A stretch of DNA of 12,353 nt, from the NCBI GenBank assembly GCA_963745475.1, contig CAVUXN010000002.1, positions 1 to 12,353 of the forward strand. Reading direction: 5' to 3'. Below, piece after piece: positions 1 to 9,024 of this stretch. The translations under genes and the position numbers were made by a program. The notes below the pieces were generated by a model, which saw nothing but the letters and a program-made list of their open reading frames with translations, did not search any database and had not been told where the DNA came from. Source of the DNA: an uncultured delta proteobacterium (GTDB taxonomy: Bacteria; Myxococcota; Myxococcia; Myxococcales; Myxococcaceae). The first letter of the stretch is position 1, and every line of letters starts with the position of its first letter.

Positions 1-888
1 GTTGCAGAATTTCCTCGAAGCGCGGCACGCCGCGGAGGTGGGCACCATCGCCGAAGCCATTTCCATTCTCGAGCGACATGCGGCGGAAGAACAAACATCC
101 GTCGACACGGCGCTGGATGACATCAAACGCCTCAACCTGGAGCATCCGCTGCGGGCATCCGACCTCGTTCCGTTGGCCCTCCCCAGGACACCCAAGAAAG
201 ACCCGAAGACACGTGAGGCCTCCGAGCTAAAAGCGATGCTTGACGGGAAACGGCGCGCCATTCGGGAGCTGGAGGAGTATGGCACCCGCCGCATTGCCGA
301 GCTGCAGGCCGAACTCGGTCAACAGAAGCAGGTCTACGCCGAGGCGCACCCCACTGTAATTCGGTTGCGTCAAAGCGTGGCCGCGGTCAGTGAGGAATCC
401 CCTCAGTTGGCGCAACTGCGCCGTGAAGAGGCCGAGTTGGCGGCGGAGTACGCCCAGCTCGCTGGCGACGAGGCGGGCCGCGACAGCGAGGTGCGGCCGG
501 CACCCCAACGACTCTCCGAAGCACGACGGTTTCTGGACGCGTCGAGCGAAGCGCCTGCGGCGGAATTTGCGAAGGCCCGGCTCCGCTTTGCGATGAACAA
601 GTATGACAGCCTGATGGAACGGCTCGATGCGGCCCGCATCGAGCTGGACACCACCCGCGCCGCGTTCAAGTACCGTTACATCACCATCCGCCCCGCTGAG
701 CTGCCCAAGCACGCGGACAAGCCCAAAATCCCGTTGGTGCTGGCTCTCGGAAGCCTCGGTGCGCTCCTGGCGGCTGCCGCCGTCTCCGTGTTGGTCGACA
801 TCCGCTCGCGGAAGGTGGTCGAGGAGTGGCAACTTGAACGCCAAGAGAGCTCGGCCTGCCCGTTTTGGGAGTCCTGCCAGAGTCATGA
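1..888 (+). CDS. Polysaccharide co-polymerase / chain-length determinant (Wzz/Wzc N-terminal, GumC/EpsV-like), 5'-partial, one frameshift near 845
   Basis: Frame 2 gives long coiled-coil segments, 'YAEAHPTVIRLR' (resembles the Y..HP.V motif of Wzc/GumC), and a proline-rich 'IRPAELPKHADKPK' just before a TM helix (IPLVLALGSLGALLAAAAVSVLV). After ERQ the family tail ELGLPVLGVLPES* continues in frame 1 (847-888, TGA 886-888). Confidence 0.85.
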
Positions 889-964
889 GGGGTTTCGTGG
901 CGGGACGCAGGCACCTCTCACGGCCGTCACGCGCCCGGCGTCTGAGGCGTCTCCTCGCGCGCGA

Positions 965-2565
965 ATGAGTGAGGTGGCGCAGACGATGGCCGCTCCGGCG
1001 GAGGAAACGCCCGGGAGCGTCCACATCGCCCGGAATGCGCTGGCGCTCGTGGCGGGCCAGCTCACCACCATGGTGCTGGGCATCCTCTTCAGCGGGCTGC
1101 TGGGCGGAAGTTGGGCGTGGGGGACTTCGGCCTCTACTTCCTCATCAACTCCTTTGCCACCTTCGCGTTCGTGGTGGTGGACTGGGGTCAGCAATGGTTC
1201 ACCGTCCGGGAAGTGGCCAAGGCGCCCGAGCGTGTCGGTGACTTCCTCGGCACCGGGCTCGTGCTGCGCACGGTTGGAACGTTGCTGGTGTGCGTGCCGG
1301 CTGGCCTGGCGGCGTGGGCCTTGGGCTACGAGCCGAGGACCAGGTGGTTTGCTGTGGCCTTCATCGCGCTCAGCCTGCCAAATTTCCTGGCGCTGAATTT
1401 CGGCTTGGTGTTCCGGGGTCGTGACCGCATGGGCCTTGACGCGTCCGTCTCGGTGACCAACCGGGCGGTCGGCCTCTTGCTGGCCATACCCGCCCTCGCC
1501 CTGGGGCTCGGGTTGGGCGGGGTGGTGGTGGCGCAGGGTACCGCCGGGGTGGTCGCACTGGCTCTGGCCTTCCGGTTGTACCGCCGGCTCGCTAGCGGTC
1601 CGTTGCGCTTCTCGCTGGCCACCTCTCGGGAACTCCTCCGCGGCGGGACGGCCCTCGCTGCGCTGAATCTGGCCGTGTACGTCCAGCCGTACATTGATGC
1701 TGTCCTCCTCTCTAAGCTCGTCCCTCCAGACGCGATGGGCTTTTACGGCGCGGCGAAGACCATCATGGGGATGCTGCTGGCTCCGGCCCTCATTCTCGTA
1801 ACGGCCTCTTTCCCAAGGCTCTCCCGCGCCGCCAAAGACATTCCACTTCTGCGGACGGAATTCGCCACCGCCTTACGTCCCGCGCTCTGGCTGGGGGCTC
1901 TCGCCGGCGTTGGGACCTGGCTCTTCGCCGATGTCGCAATTGCCATTGTCTACGGGCACCGCCAATTTGGTCCGGCCGGAACCATCCTGAAGGTGTACGG
2001 CATCGGACTCTTTCTCATTTCCGTGGACATGCTCGTCGGCATGGGACTCACCGCGGTGGGCCGTGCCTCCGCCTTTGCGGCGTTGAAGGCCGTCTCCGTG
2101 GTGGTGGGTGTGGGGTTGGAGCTGCTCTTCATCCCCTATTTCCAGCAAAGGATGGGAAACGGCGGAGTCGGCGTGACGTTGTCCATTGCACTCACCGAAC
2201 TCATCCTCCTCGTCGGTGGAACGCTCCTCATGCCACGCGGAAGTCTTGGCGGAACGGTATTCCTCGACTTCGGCCGTGCAGTGGTCTGTGCGTTGCTGAC
2301 GTTCTTGCTCTTCCAGTTACTGCCTGCGCTTCCGCCTTGGGTGAGCATTCCTTTGTGCATTCTGGTGTTCACCGCCCTCTCCACCGGCCTCGGCCTGCTG
2401 CGGCGAGGGGACTTGCTGGTGGTGCGGGCACTCCTGCGTCGGCGTGCGGTTGTGGCCGACCTTCCCCCGCCGTGCCGTAGAGCCCAAGGGGGTTGCGCCG
2501 GACCGGGCATGGGCACAAGGACAGCGTCTCACCGAGAAGGCACTGCGCGCGAAAGAGTGAAGTAG
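965..2565 (+). CDS. wzx: Wzx-type oligosaccharide flippase (PST/MOP family), frameshift near 1105
   Basis: ATG 965 in frame 2 (MSEVAQ...IARNALALVAGQLTTMVLGILFSGLLG) joins frame 1 at 'RKLGVGDFGLY', the typical R.LG...FG.Y flippase motif. It has many hydrophobic helices, plus 'IDAVLLSKL...MGFYGAA' and 'FPRLSR'. The hydrophilic tail after about 2460 may hide another indel, so the exact stop is uncertain. Confidence 0.88.
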
Positions 2566-2627
2566 CATCCGGCACGCCCCAATGGTGCCCAAAGGCGCCA
2601 GTCGGCGCTCGGGAAAGGACGGAGCGA

Positions 2628-3674
2628 ATGAGGGCTGCGCTCGTTGGCGCAGGACAGATTGCCCGGCAGCACCTCGCCTGTCTGCAGGAGCTTCCCGATG
2701 TGGAAGTGACGGCTGTTTGCGACCTCTCGGCCGCCGCGGCCGAATGTGCGGCCGAGCGTTTCCGGATTCCGAAGTGGTACACCGACTTCCGGGAGATGCT
2801 CGCCGTGGAGCGGCCAGACGTCGTCCATGTGACGACGCCTCCCTCGTCACACTTTCGGTTGGCCACCGCCGCGCTGGAGGCTGGCGCGCATGTTTTTGTG
2901 GAGAAGCCGGCGACGGAAAACGTGGAGGAGGCCCGGGCCATCCACCAAACTGCGCGAAGCCGCTGGCCGGGCGCTGGTGGAGAACCACAACTACCTCTTC
3001 AACCGGGCAACTCAGAAAATTCTAGCGGAAATCGACGCTGGGACTGCGGGCAGGGTGCTTCACATGGAGGCGCTCATTTGCCTGGACATCCTTGGCCCGA
3101 GCGGATTCGCCGACCCCAACCTTGCCCACCCAGCACTGCGGATGGCTGGAGGTGCCATCGCCGACTTCCTTCCGCACTTGGCTTCCCTCGCCTGGCGCTT
3201 CGTTGGACGACACCGGAGCGCCCACACTGTCTGGTCGAGGCGGGCGGAGTCGGCTCTGCCCTTCGACGAGTTTCGCGCCCTGGTTGAGGCCGAGCGGGGA
3301 ACGGCCAGCTTGGGCTTCAGGTGCCAGCGCGCAGCCGGATGCGTTCTGGCTCCGCGTCTATTGCGAGCGCCTGCAGGCCACCACCAACCTCCTTCGAGAC
3401 GCGGCTCACGTTTGACCGCGTCCTTTTTGGCCCCAAACCACTGCGGCCTCTCCGCAATGGACTCCGGGAGGGCAGAGACGTCCGGCGGGCCTCCTGGGGA
3501 AGCCTGTGGCGAAAGCTGAGCGGTGGTCCGGGCTCGTACGACGGACTGTGGGAGCTGCTCCGCGGGACGTACGCTGCCCTCTCTGCAAGGAGGAGCTGCC
3601 GGTTGCGCTTGCAACAGGTGGAGGAGGTGGGGGAGCTGGTAGCGGCGCTGAAGCCGAAGGGGGTTGCGCAGTGA
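2628..3674 (+). CDS. Gfo/Idh/MocA family oxidoreductase, frameshifts near 2955, 3320 and 3390
   Basis: GGAG precedes ATG 2628. Frame 3 has Rossmann 'LVGAGQIA' and 'HVFVEKP'; frame 1 has 'VENHNYLF' and 'GGAIADFLPHL' (D-x3-H); frame 2 has 'ASAQPDAFWLRVYCE'; frame 3 resumes 'FETRL...PKGVAQ*' to TGA 3672-3674. Confidence 0.85.
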
Positions 3675-4757
3675 GAGTCCTGGTGACCGGGGCGAATGGC
3701 TTCCTTGGACGCCACGTCGTTGCGGCGTTGCTGAGTCGCGGGCACTCGGTTCGAGCACTCGTTCGTCCGGCAGTCTCCGTCGGGCCGCTGGGGTGGCCCT
3801 CGGCAGTCGAAGTCGTCCGTGCAGACTTGCGCGGAGGAGCTCTGGCGTCGCTGTTCTCCGGAGTGGAAGCCGTCGTCCACCTCGCTGCGGCGGTGACGGG
3901 GGGAGAGGACGCCCAGTTTGCCGCCACCGTGGTTGGCACGGAGCGGCTTTTGGCGGCGATGGAAGGCTTCCCTGTCCGCCGTCTGGTGCTGGCCAGCTCC
4001 TTCTCCGTCTACGACTGGAGTCGCATCCACGGCACCCTCGACGAGGACTCGGCGCTCGCGGTGGCGCCGGGCCTCTATGAGCGCGACGGTTATGCAGTGG
4101 CCAAGTCCTGGCAGGAGCGAGTTGTCCGCGCCTCAGCCAAGCAAAAAACCTGGGAGCTCGTCGTGCTCAGGCCAGGATGGATTTGGGGACAAGGGTTCGG
4201 CTACCTGGCCGGCCTCGGCCAGCGCTCTGGCTCCGTCCACCTCGTCATCGGCCCGGCGACCCGTCTGCCGCTTACCCATGTGGACAACTGCGCGGACCTC
4301 TTCGCACTCTGCATTGATGCGCCCGCCGCCGCGGCCCAGACGTTTAACGTCGTGGACAGCGATGAAGTCCGGATTTGGCAATACCTTTCCGACTACCTAC
4401 GCCGCAGTGGCGAGGCCGGGTGGCGGATTCCTGTTCCCTACGCACTGGCCTATGCGACGGCCCGAGTCGCCTCAGCCACGAGCAAGTGGATTTTCAATGG
4501 CAAGGGGAAGCTTTCCAGCGTGCTCGTCCCTCGTCGTTTCGAGGCGCGCTTCAAACCCCTTCGGTTTCGAATGCCAAGGTTCGCCGCGAGCTCGGCTGGG
4601 TTCCGCCCTTCTCCTACGAGGTTTGAGTTTGGACCGCACCTACGGCCGGTTGGACGTCGTGGCTCCCGAGGCTCTCAGGCCGAGCGGAAACGTCGAAGTG
4701 CTTCCTGCAGTGACTCCGGACCGAGCGCCGGCCTCCACGGAGTCCGTCGGTCGGTGA
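3671..4757 (+). CDS. NAD-dependent epimerase/dehydratase (extended SDR), frameshifts near 4568 and 4622
   Basis: GTG 3671 overlaps the upstream stop (GTGA). Motifs: 'VLVTGANGFLG' (GxxGxxG), 'VVHLAA', 'ASSFSVY', 'YAVAK' (YxxxK), 'LRPGWIWG', 'THVDN'. The family C-terminus 'SNAKVRRELGWVPPFSYE' is in frame 1, then 'LDRTYG...SVGR*' in frame 3 ends at TGA 4755-4757. Confidence 0.88.
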
Positions 4758-6116
4758 CGGCCTCTTTTGGCAATGGCGTGCATCTCATCCTCGCGCTTGC
4801 CTCGCTGCTCGCCTGCAGCGAGCGGACGAGTGCGGATTCGGCCGGGGCGGCAAAGGCGCCAACGTTTTCCGCGCCGCCGGGCAGCATGCCGCTGTTGAGC
4901 CGAGTGGTGCCTGCTTCTTCGTCCTCCGGAAATGCGCGTTGGGCTCAGGACGCGGTGGTGGCCTCGTTCGCGCCCGACCACATGTGGAGCTGCCGCGGTG
5001 ACTGCTGGCTCGCCTATGACCTCTCCGGCGTGCCCGAGGGGCTGCGAAGCCGCATTTACTTGGCGCTCTACTTCGGAGGGAATGCGCAGTCCCAGCTCAA
5101 CGTGCACGCCCTACGGGACATGGACCTTCGGGGCGTCCCCACGGGTGGCTACCGCATCGAGGGCGGCCATTCCTCCTCCGGCCCGTGGACCACACTCGTC
5201 ACGGTGCCTTCGCTGGCGCAGGCCTCGCGTGTCCATGTGGTGGACTTCCAAGGTTACACCTGGGTTCGCTACGTCTCGCTGGACGCCACCCGGCTGAAAA
5301 TGAATGTGTACAGCGCCGCGGACGGGGTGGGCGAGGGCCTCGTCATCTACGGCGACTCCATCGCCAACCTATTTTTTGCGGCGCCTCCGCAATCCTGGTT
5401 TTCGAGCGCCGTGGAGGCACAGGCGCCGGGGCGCTTCCGCCCATCGTCGGGGGCGGCATTGCCTACCTCACGTCCATGGATGGACGGGACCTCATTGTAA
5501 AGGGGAGCGGGCCCTTCTCGACGGGCATGGGCGGCCCGCTCCTGGACGTCTATTCCCCAGTGGCCTTCTTGGGGCTCACCTACGGAGTCAACGACGCCGC
5601 TTCGGGAGCAGCCACCAACGAGCAGGCCTTCTTCGAGGCTTACCGGGACATCATCCGTGCCGCGCTGGCCAAAGGGATGAAGGTGGCCATTGCCACGCCC
5701 ACCTGGTCCCCCGACTTAAACCGTCAACAAGGCCTGAAGCGGTTGCTCGGCCGCATTGGACTGCACCCGCGGGCGGTGCCCGACTGGTCTCCGAAAAGCT
5801 ACCAACTGCTGGAGCAGGTGTGGCGCGACGGGAAAGTGTACCGCTGCGTGCAAGCAGGGACGAGCCGGGATGGTCCGAGCGGAGTGTGGTCATCCTTGTC
5901 GGACGGAGGCTCCGCACGCTGGCAGTACGTCCCGAGCCTGCGTGAGACGTTTGCCACGGAAGTCGGCGAACGTCGGGTGCAGGCTGGGCCGACTTCTATT
6001 CCCTCTTTACGGACCAGCCCTCCTGGCTCGCCGACGGCTTGCACCCAAACCGGGCTGGTGCCGTCATCTGGCAGAAGGCCTGGGTGGACTGGGCGCTCGC
6101 CAACATGTACCGCTGA
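4754..6116 (+). CDS. SGNH/GDSL hydrolase-family probable lipoprotein with an N-terminal discoidin/CBM32-like region and an internal CBM5/12-like insert; frameshifts near 5438 and 5990
   Basis: GTG 4754 overlaps the upstream stop, with GGAG upstream. A hydrophobic stretch ends in LLA-C (Cys codon 4814-4816). SGNH block I GDS is at 5351-5359 (frame 2), block II-like GGGIA and block III GVND at 5584-5595 (frame 1), and block V DGLHP at 6033-6047 (frame 3, absent from the ORF track). It ends WALANMYR*, TGA 6114-6116. Confidence 0.78.
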
Positions 6117-6137
6117 GCAACGCTTCTTGAGTGGCCG

Positions 6138-7273
6138 CTAAGCGGCGGCAGCCTCAGGAAGGGCTCGGGGCGCAGATTCGGCCGGGCTGAAGCGCTTGCG
6201 CAGCCGAGCGAAAGGCCTCTCCACAAAATGGTACATGGCCAAGGCGCAGCCTGTGGCGAGTGCGAACGCCACCAGCCCGACAGTCACCGGGTGCCAGCCA
6301 GGGAAGTGGAACTGAAGCGTGTAGAGGATGATGTGGTGCACCAGGTACAGCGAGTACGTGAGTCCGCCGAAGAAGGCGACGTGCTTGTTATTCAGTAGGC
6401 GAAAAGGCCCCCAGCCAGGAAAACGCATGGCCGTCACGAAGACGGGAGTCAGCCCAATGCCTTGAAGCGTGTAGCGGATGGACTCGCGGAACCACTCGGC
6501 ACGGTAGACGAAGGTAAACAGAAGCAGCGCCACTCCGGCTGGGAGGAGCCACCGCTTCCAGAGGGCGTCGCTGCCCTGAGGTCCGTCCACGACGGGGTTG
6601 AGTCCCACCGCCAGCGCACACCCGAAGAGGATGGAGTCAAACCGCGTGTCACTGGCCAGGTAAGTCCGGTCCGTTGGGACTCCGACGACGAGGACGAGGT
6701 AAGAGCGCCAGGCGAGGATGGCGGCGCAGAGGGCCCAGAAAAGCCACGCCTGGCGCCGGTCCTGAAACCCCAGGCGGCGGGTGAGTAAGAAAAGCAGCGG
6801 GAAGAGCAGGTAAAAATGCTCCTCCACCGCCAAGGACCAGTAGACGGGCGTGCCGGCGGGGACGCCGTCCGAGCCGTGGAAAACAAACCAGTAGTTGCCG
6901 TAGTGCAGGGCGAGCGCCAGGAGGGGGCGGGCCTCGAGGGAGCCGCCGTCCGCCGGGACGACACCGAGGAGCGCCAGCGCGGTGGCCAGGACGAGCACAA
7001 TGTAGAAGGGCGGCAAGATGCGGAAGATGCGCCGCAAATAGAAGTGTCTCAGGCTGACGCTGCCGCTACGGGCCTCGAGTCGCATCAGCGAGGTGATGAG
7101 GAATCCGGAGAGGAAGAAGAAGGTGGTGACGCCGAAGCCGCCCGGAATTTGATGTTGCAATCCGGCGTGGGCGAAAAAGACGAAGAGGAAGGCCACCGCC
7201 CGGAGTCCGTCGAGCGACGGGAAATGAAGGGAAGCGTGAGGCAGTGCCGCGGGCGGTGGAGCGAGTCGCTCAC
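6138..7273 (-). CDS. Acyltransferase family 3 (OafA/YrhL-like integral membrane O-acyltransferase)
   Basis: Motifs 'SLDGLRAVA...H', 'GVTTFFFLSGFLIT', 'FYLRRIFRILPPFY', 'WSLAVEEHFYL', 'TYSLYLVH', 'YHFVERP'. The start is uncertain: either GTG 7273 with GGAG upstream (needs one indel near 7258) or the in-frame TTG at 7328. The track start at 7526 overlaps the upstream gene. Confidence 0.92.
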
Positions 7274-7360
7274 CCTGCGCTCCGTGCGCTTCGGTTGGAG
7301 GTACGGGCGATGGGTGGAGCGCATCCAATGGCGTGGGGGGGGTAGGGAGGGCCGCCGGCG

Positions 7361-8139
7361 TCAGCTTTGGCCTAGGCCAGAGGCGAAGGGATTTCGGTAG
7401 AGGCCCAGGCGTTGAAGCGTGAGGTAATAAAGGACAGGCGGCTGATGCACGAGGTAGCGGCGCCAGCGGTGGCTGGGCTCGCGCACCAAGCGGTAGAACC
7501 ACTCCAGGCCTGCGTCCGTCACCCAACTGGGTGGCCGCTTCAGGGTGCGCGCCTCGTAGTCGAGGGTGCCTCCGAGAGGGAGGAAGGCTTTGACCAGAGG
7601 AAGCCGGTGGCGGAGTTGGACCATGAGTTTCTCCTGCCGCCCTGCGTCCAGCCCCAGCACCAACACGCTCGCCCGAGACTGGTGGATGCGCTCCACCATT
7701 CGGTCAATCTCGCCTGGCCGCCGGTCGTAGTCGAAGGGCGGCGAGTCCGTGCCCACCACCATCTCTCGCCCCACCGTTTGGTTGATGTTCTTACCTGCAG
7801 TCTCGGCAACGCCCGGACCGCCCCCGCAAAGGAAGATGGTCACAGCAGGGTTGTCTTTGTGCTTCCGGTAATAGCGCGGGAAGAAATCCGAGCCCGACAC
7901 TCGCCCCCGCAAGGCGTGCCCAGAAGCTTGGCGGCGGCGACGAGAATTTGGCTGTCGCAGGTAATGGGGCTGAAGGTGGAGAGGACCTCGTAAAATGCTC
8001 GGTCCTTCTGCAGCTTCATAATCATGTCAACGTGGAGGGTGAGGAGCATCCCTTCCTGAAACGAGTCCACCAACTCCTCGAGTGTGATGTCGTCGATGTC
8101 GACGTTGAGCAACCGCACCTTTCTCGGCGAGGGCTGCAT
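7361..8139 (-). CDS. WecB/TagA/CpsF family (GT26) glycosyltransferase, frameshift near 7913
   Basis: The N-half (8139->~7913: VRLLNVDIDDIT...CDSQILVAAAKLLGTP) joins the C-half (LRGRVSGSDF...IFLCGG...SPPF...RQEK...GGTLDYEA...RPPSWV..AGLEWFYRLVREP..RWRRY). These are hallmark motifs of the family. Confidence 0.9.
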
Positions 8140-8144
8140 GCGGG

Positions 8145-9014
8145 CTACCTTCCCCAGGAGCGTTGAATCAGCTCCTGGGTTTGTCGGATGTTGCCGCGCG
8201 AGGAAGCGCCGAAGACGATGGAGCTAAGCCCTTCCAAGCCGCACGCCCACTCAATGGCTTCCTGAGGTGGGATGGCGCCGGAGGCGAGCACCGACATGGC
8301 GATGGCCCTGCACTTTCGGGTCCGGAGCACCTCGCGGTAGGCATCGACGCCGCCACTCATTCGGAAGCCAATCTTATTTATGTTGGCGCAGACAATGGGG
8401 TTGTCCACGCCGGCCTCGCCGAGCGCATCCAGAAGCAGTGGCAAGTTCATGGTGATGAATCCGGCCTCGGCACCGTACTGGTCCCGGACGTAGCGGTCGA
8501 ACTCGGCGAACACCGGGTAGAGCTTGAGTCCGAGGAGAAGGTCGGTGACCACATTCTGGACAAAGATGACCGGGGTATTGAGGCCCTTAAACCGCCGCAT
8601 CTCCGCGTCGACGAGCAACCTCATCAGCGCATAAATGTCGCGGGTGAGCGTTCCGACCGCGCCCCGGATGAGGGTGCTCACTACCCCGCCCGTGGCGAAA
8701 CGCTGGATGGTTTCGATGGCCCCCACTTGGCTCACCGAATTGGCGTACTTGTGCGCGTAGGGCATGCACGGGAAGTAAATGAAGTCCTTGTAGCGCTCGG
8801 GGTTCCGCCGCATGTGGTCAGCGATGTCGCCCACCCTGTCGTAGGTGGTGCACATGAAGGTGCGAATGCCCATTTGGTAGGCCTCGTCCAGCACCTCGAT
8901 GATGGCGGACGTGTCCTTGAACCTGACCAGCTGCGCTCGGGCCTTCTCCTCCGACATATGGTTCACGCCAAAGAATTGGTTGTCGCCAAAGAGAATGCGG
9001 TCGATGGTCGCCAA
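8145..9014 (-). CDS. Hypothetical protein, probable aldo/keto-reductase-like TIM barrel with degenerate catalytic motif
   Basis: Intact 289-aa ORF with protein-like composition, packed 10 bp after and 5 bp before its same-strand neighbours. It has a TTG start with GAGG upstream. The fold call rests on resemblance of 'RILFGDNQFFG', 'VLDEAYQMGIRTF' and 'IAMSVLASG...IVFGASSRGNI' to AKR segments. Confidence 0.75.
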   Translation of the reverse strand: MATIDRILFGDNQFFGVNHMSEEKARAQLVRFKDTSAIIEVLDEAYQMGIRTFMCTTYDRVGDIADHMRRNPERYKDFIYFPCMPYAHKYANSVSQVGAIETIQRFATGGVVSTLIRGAVGTLTRDIYALMRLLVDAEMRRFKGLNTPVIFVQNVVTDLLLGLKLYPVFAEFDRYVRDQYGAEAGFITMNLPLLLDALGEAGVDNPIVCANINKIGFRMSGGVDAYREVLRTRKCRAIAMSVLASGAIPPQEAIEWACGLEGLSSIVFGASSRGNIRQTQELIQRSWGR

Positions 9015-9024
9015 TGTGGAAGCC

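Noticed and set aside
2..1396. 464-aa ORF suggesting a co-polymerase-flippase fusion
   Set aside because: The co-polymerase tail shifts to frame 1 and stops at 888. Read-through into the flippase N-terminus is a coincidence of frame.
2566..2627. Possible sigma-54 promoter or hairpin at GGCACG (2571)
   Set aside because: GC is absent at the required GG-N10-GC spacing, and the 5-bp repeats GGCAC/GTGCC and GCGCC/GGCGC are too short to call.
2940..3400. Programmed ribosomal frameshifting as the cause of split genes
   Set aside because: There are several shifts per gene, I saw no consistent slippery heptamer, and these families are not known to be recoded.
3506..5500. 664-aa ORF suggesting an epimerase fused to a lipoprotein/GDSL domain
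   Set aside because: Chimera from indels. The SDR C-terminus lies in other frames and stops at 4757, where a new GTG start with an RBS and lipobox begins.
5776..5931. Intein or mobile insertion inside the SGNH gene
   Set aside because: Too short, with no Cys/Ser start, His-Asn end, terminal repeats or target duplication. A CBM-like module fits better.
6117..6145. Bidirectional terminator between the convergent blocks
   Set aside because: Only a 5-bp stem (GCCGC-taa-GCGGC) is present, with no flanking T or A tract.
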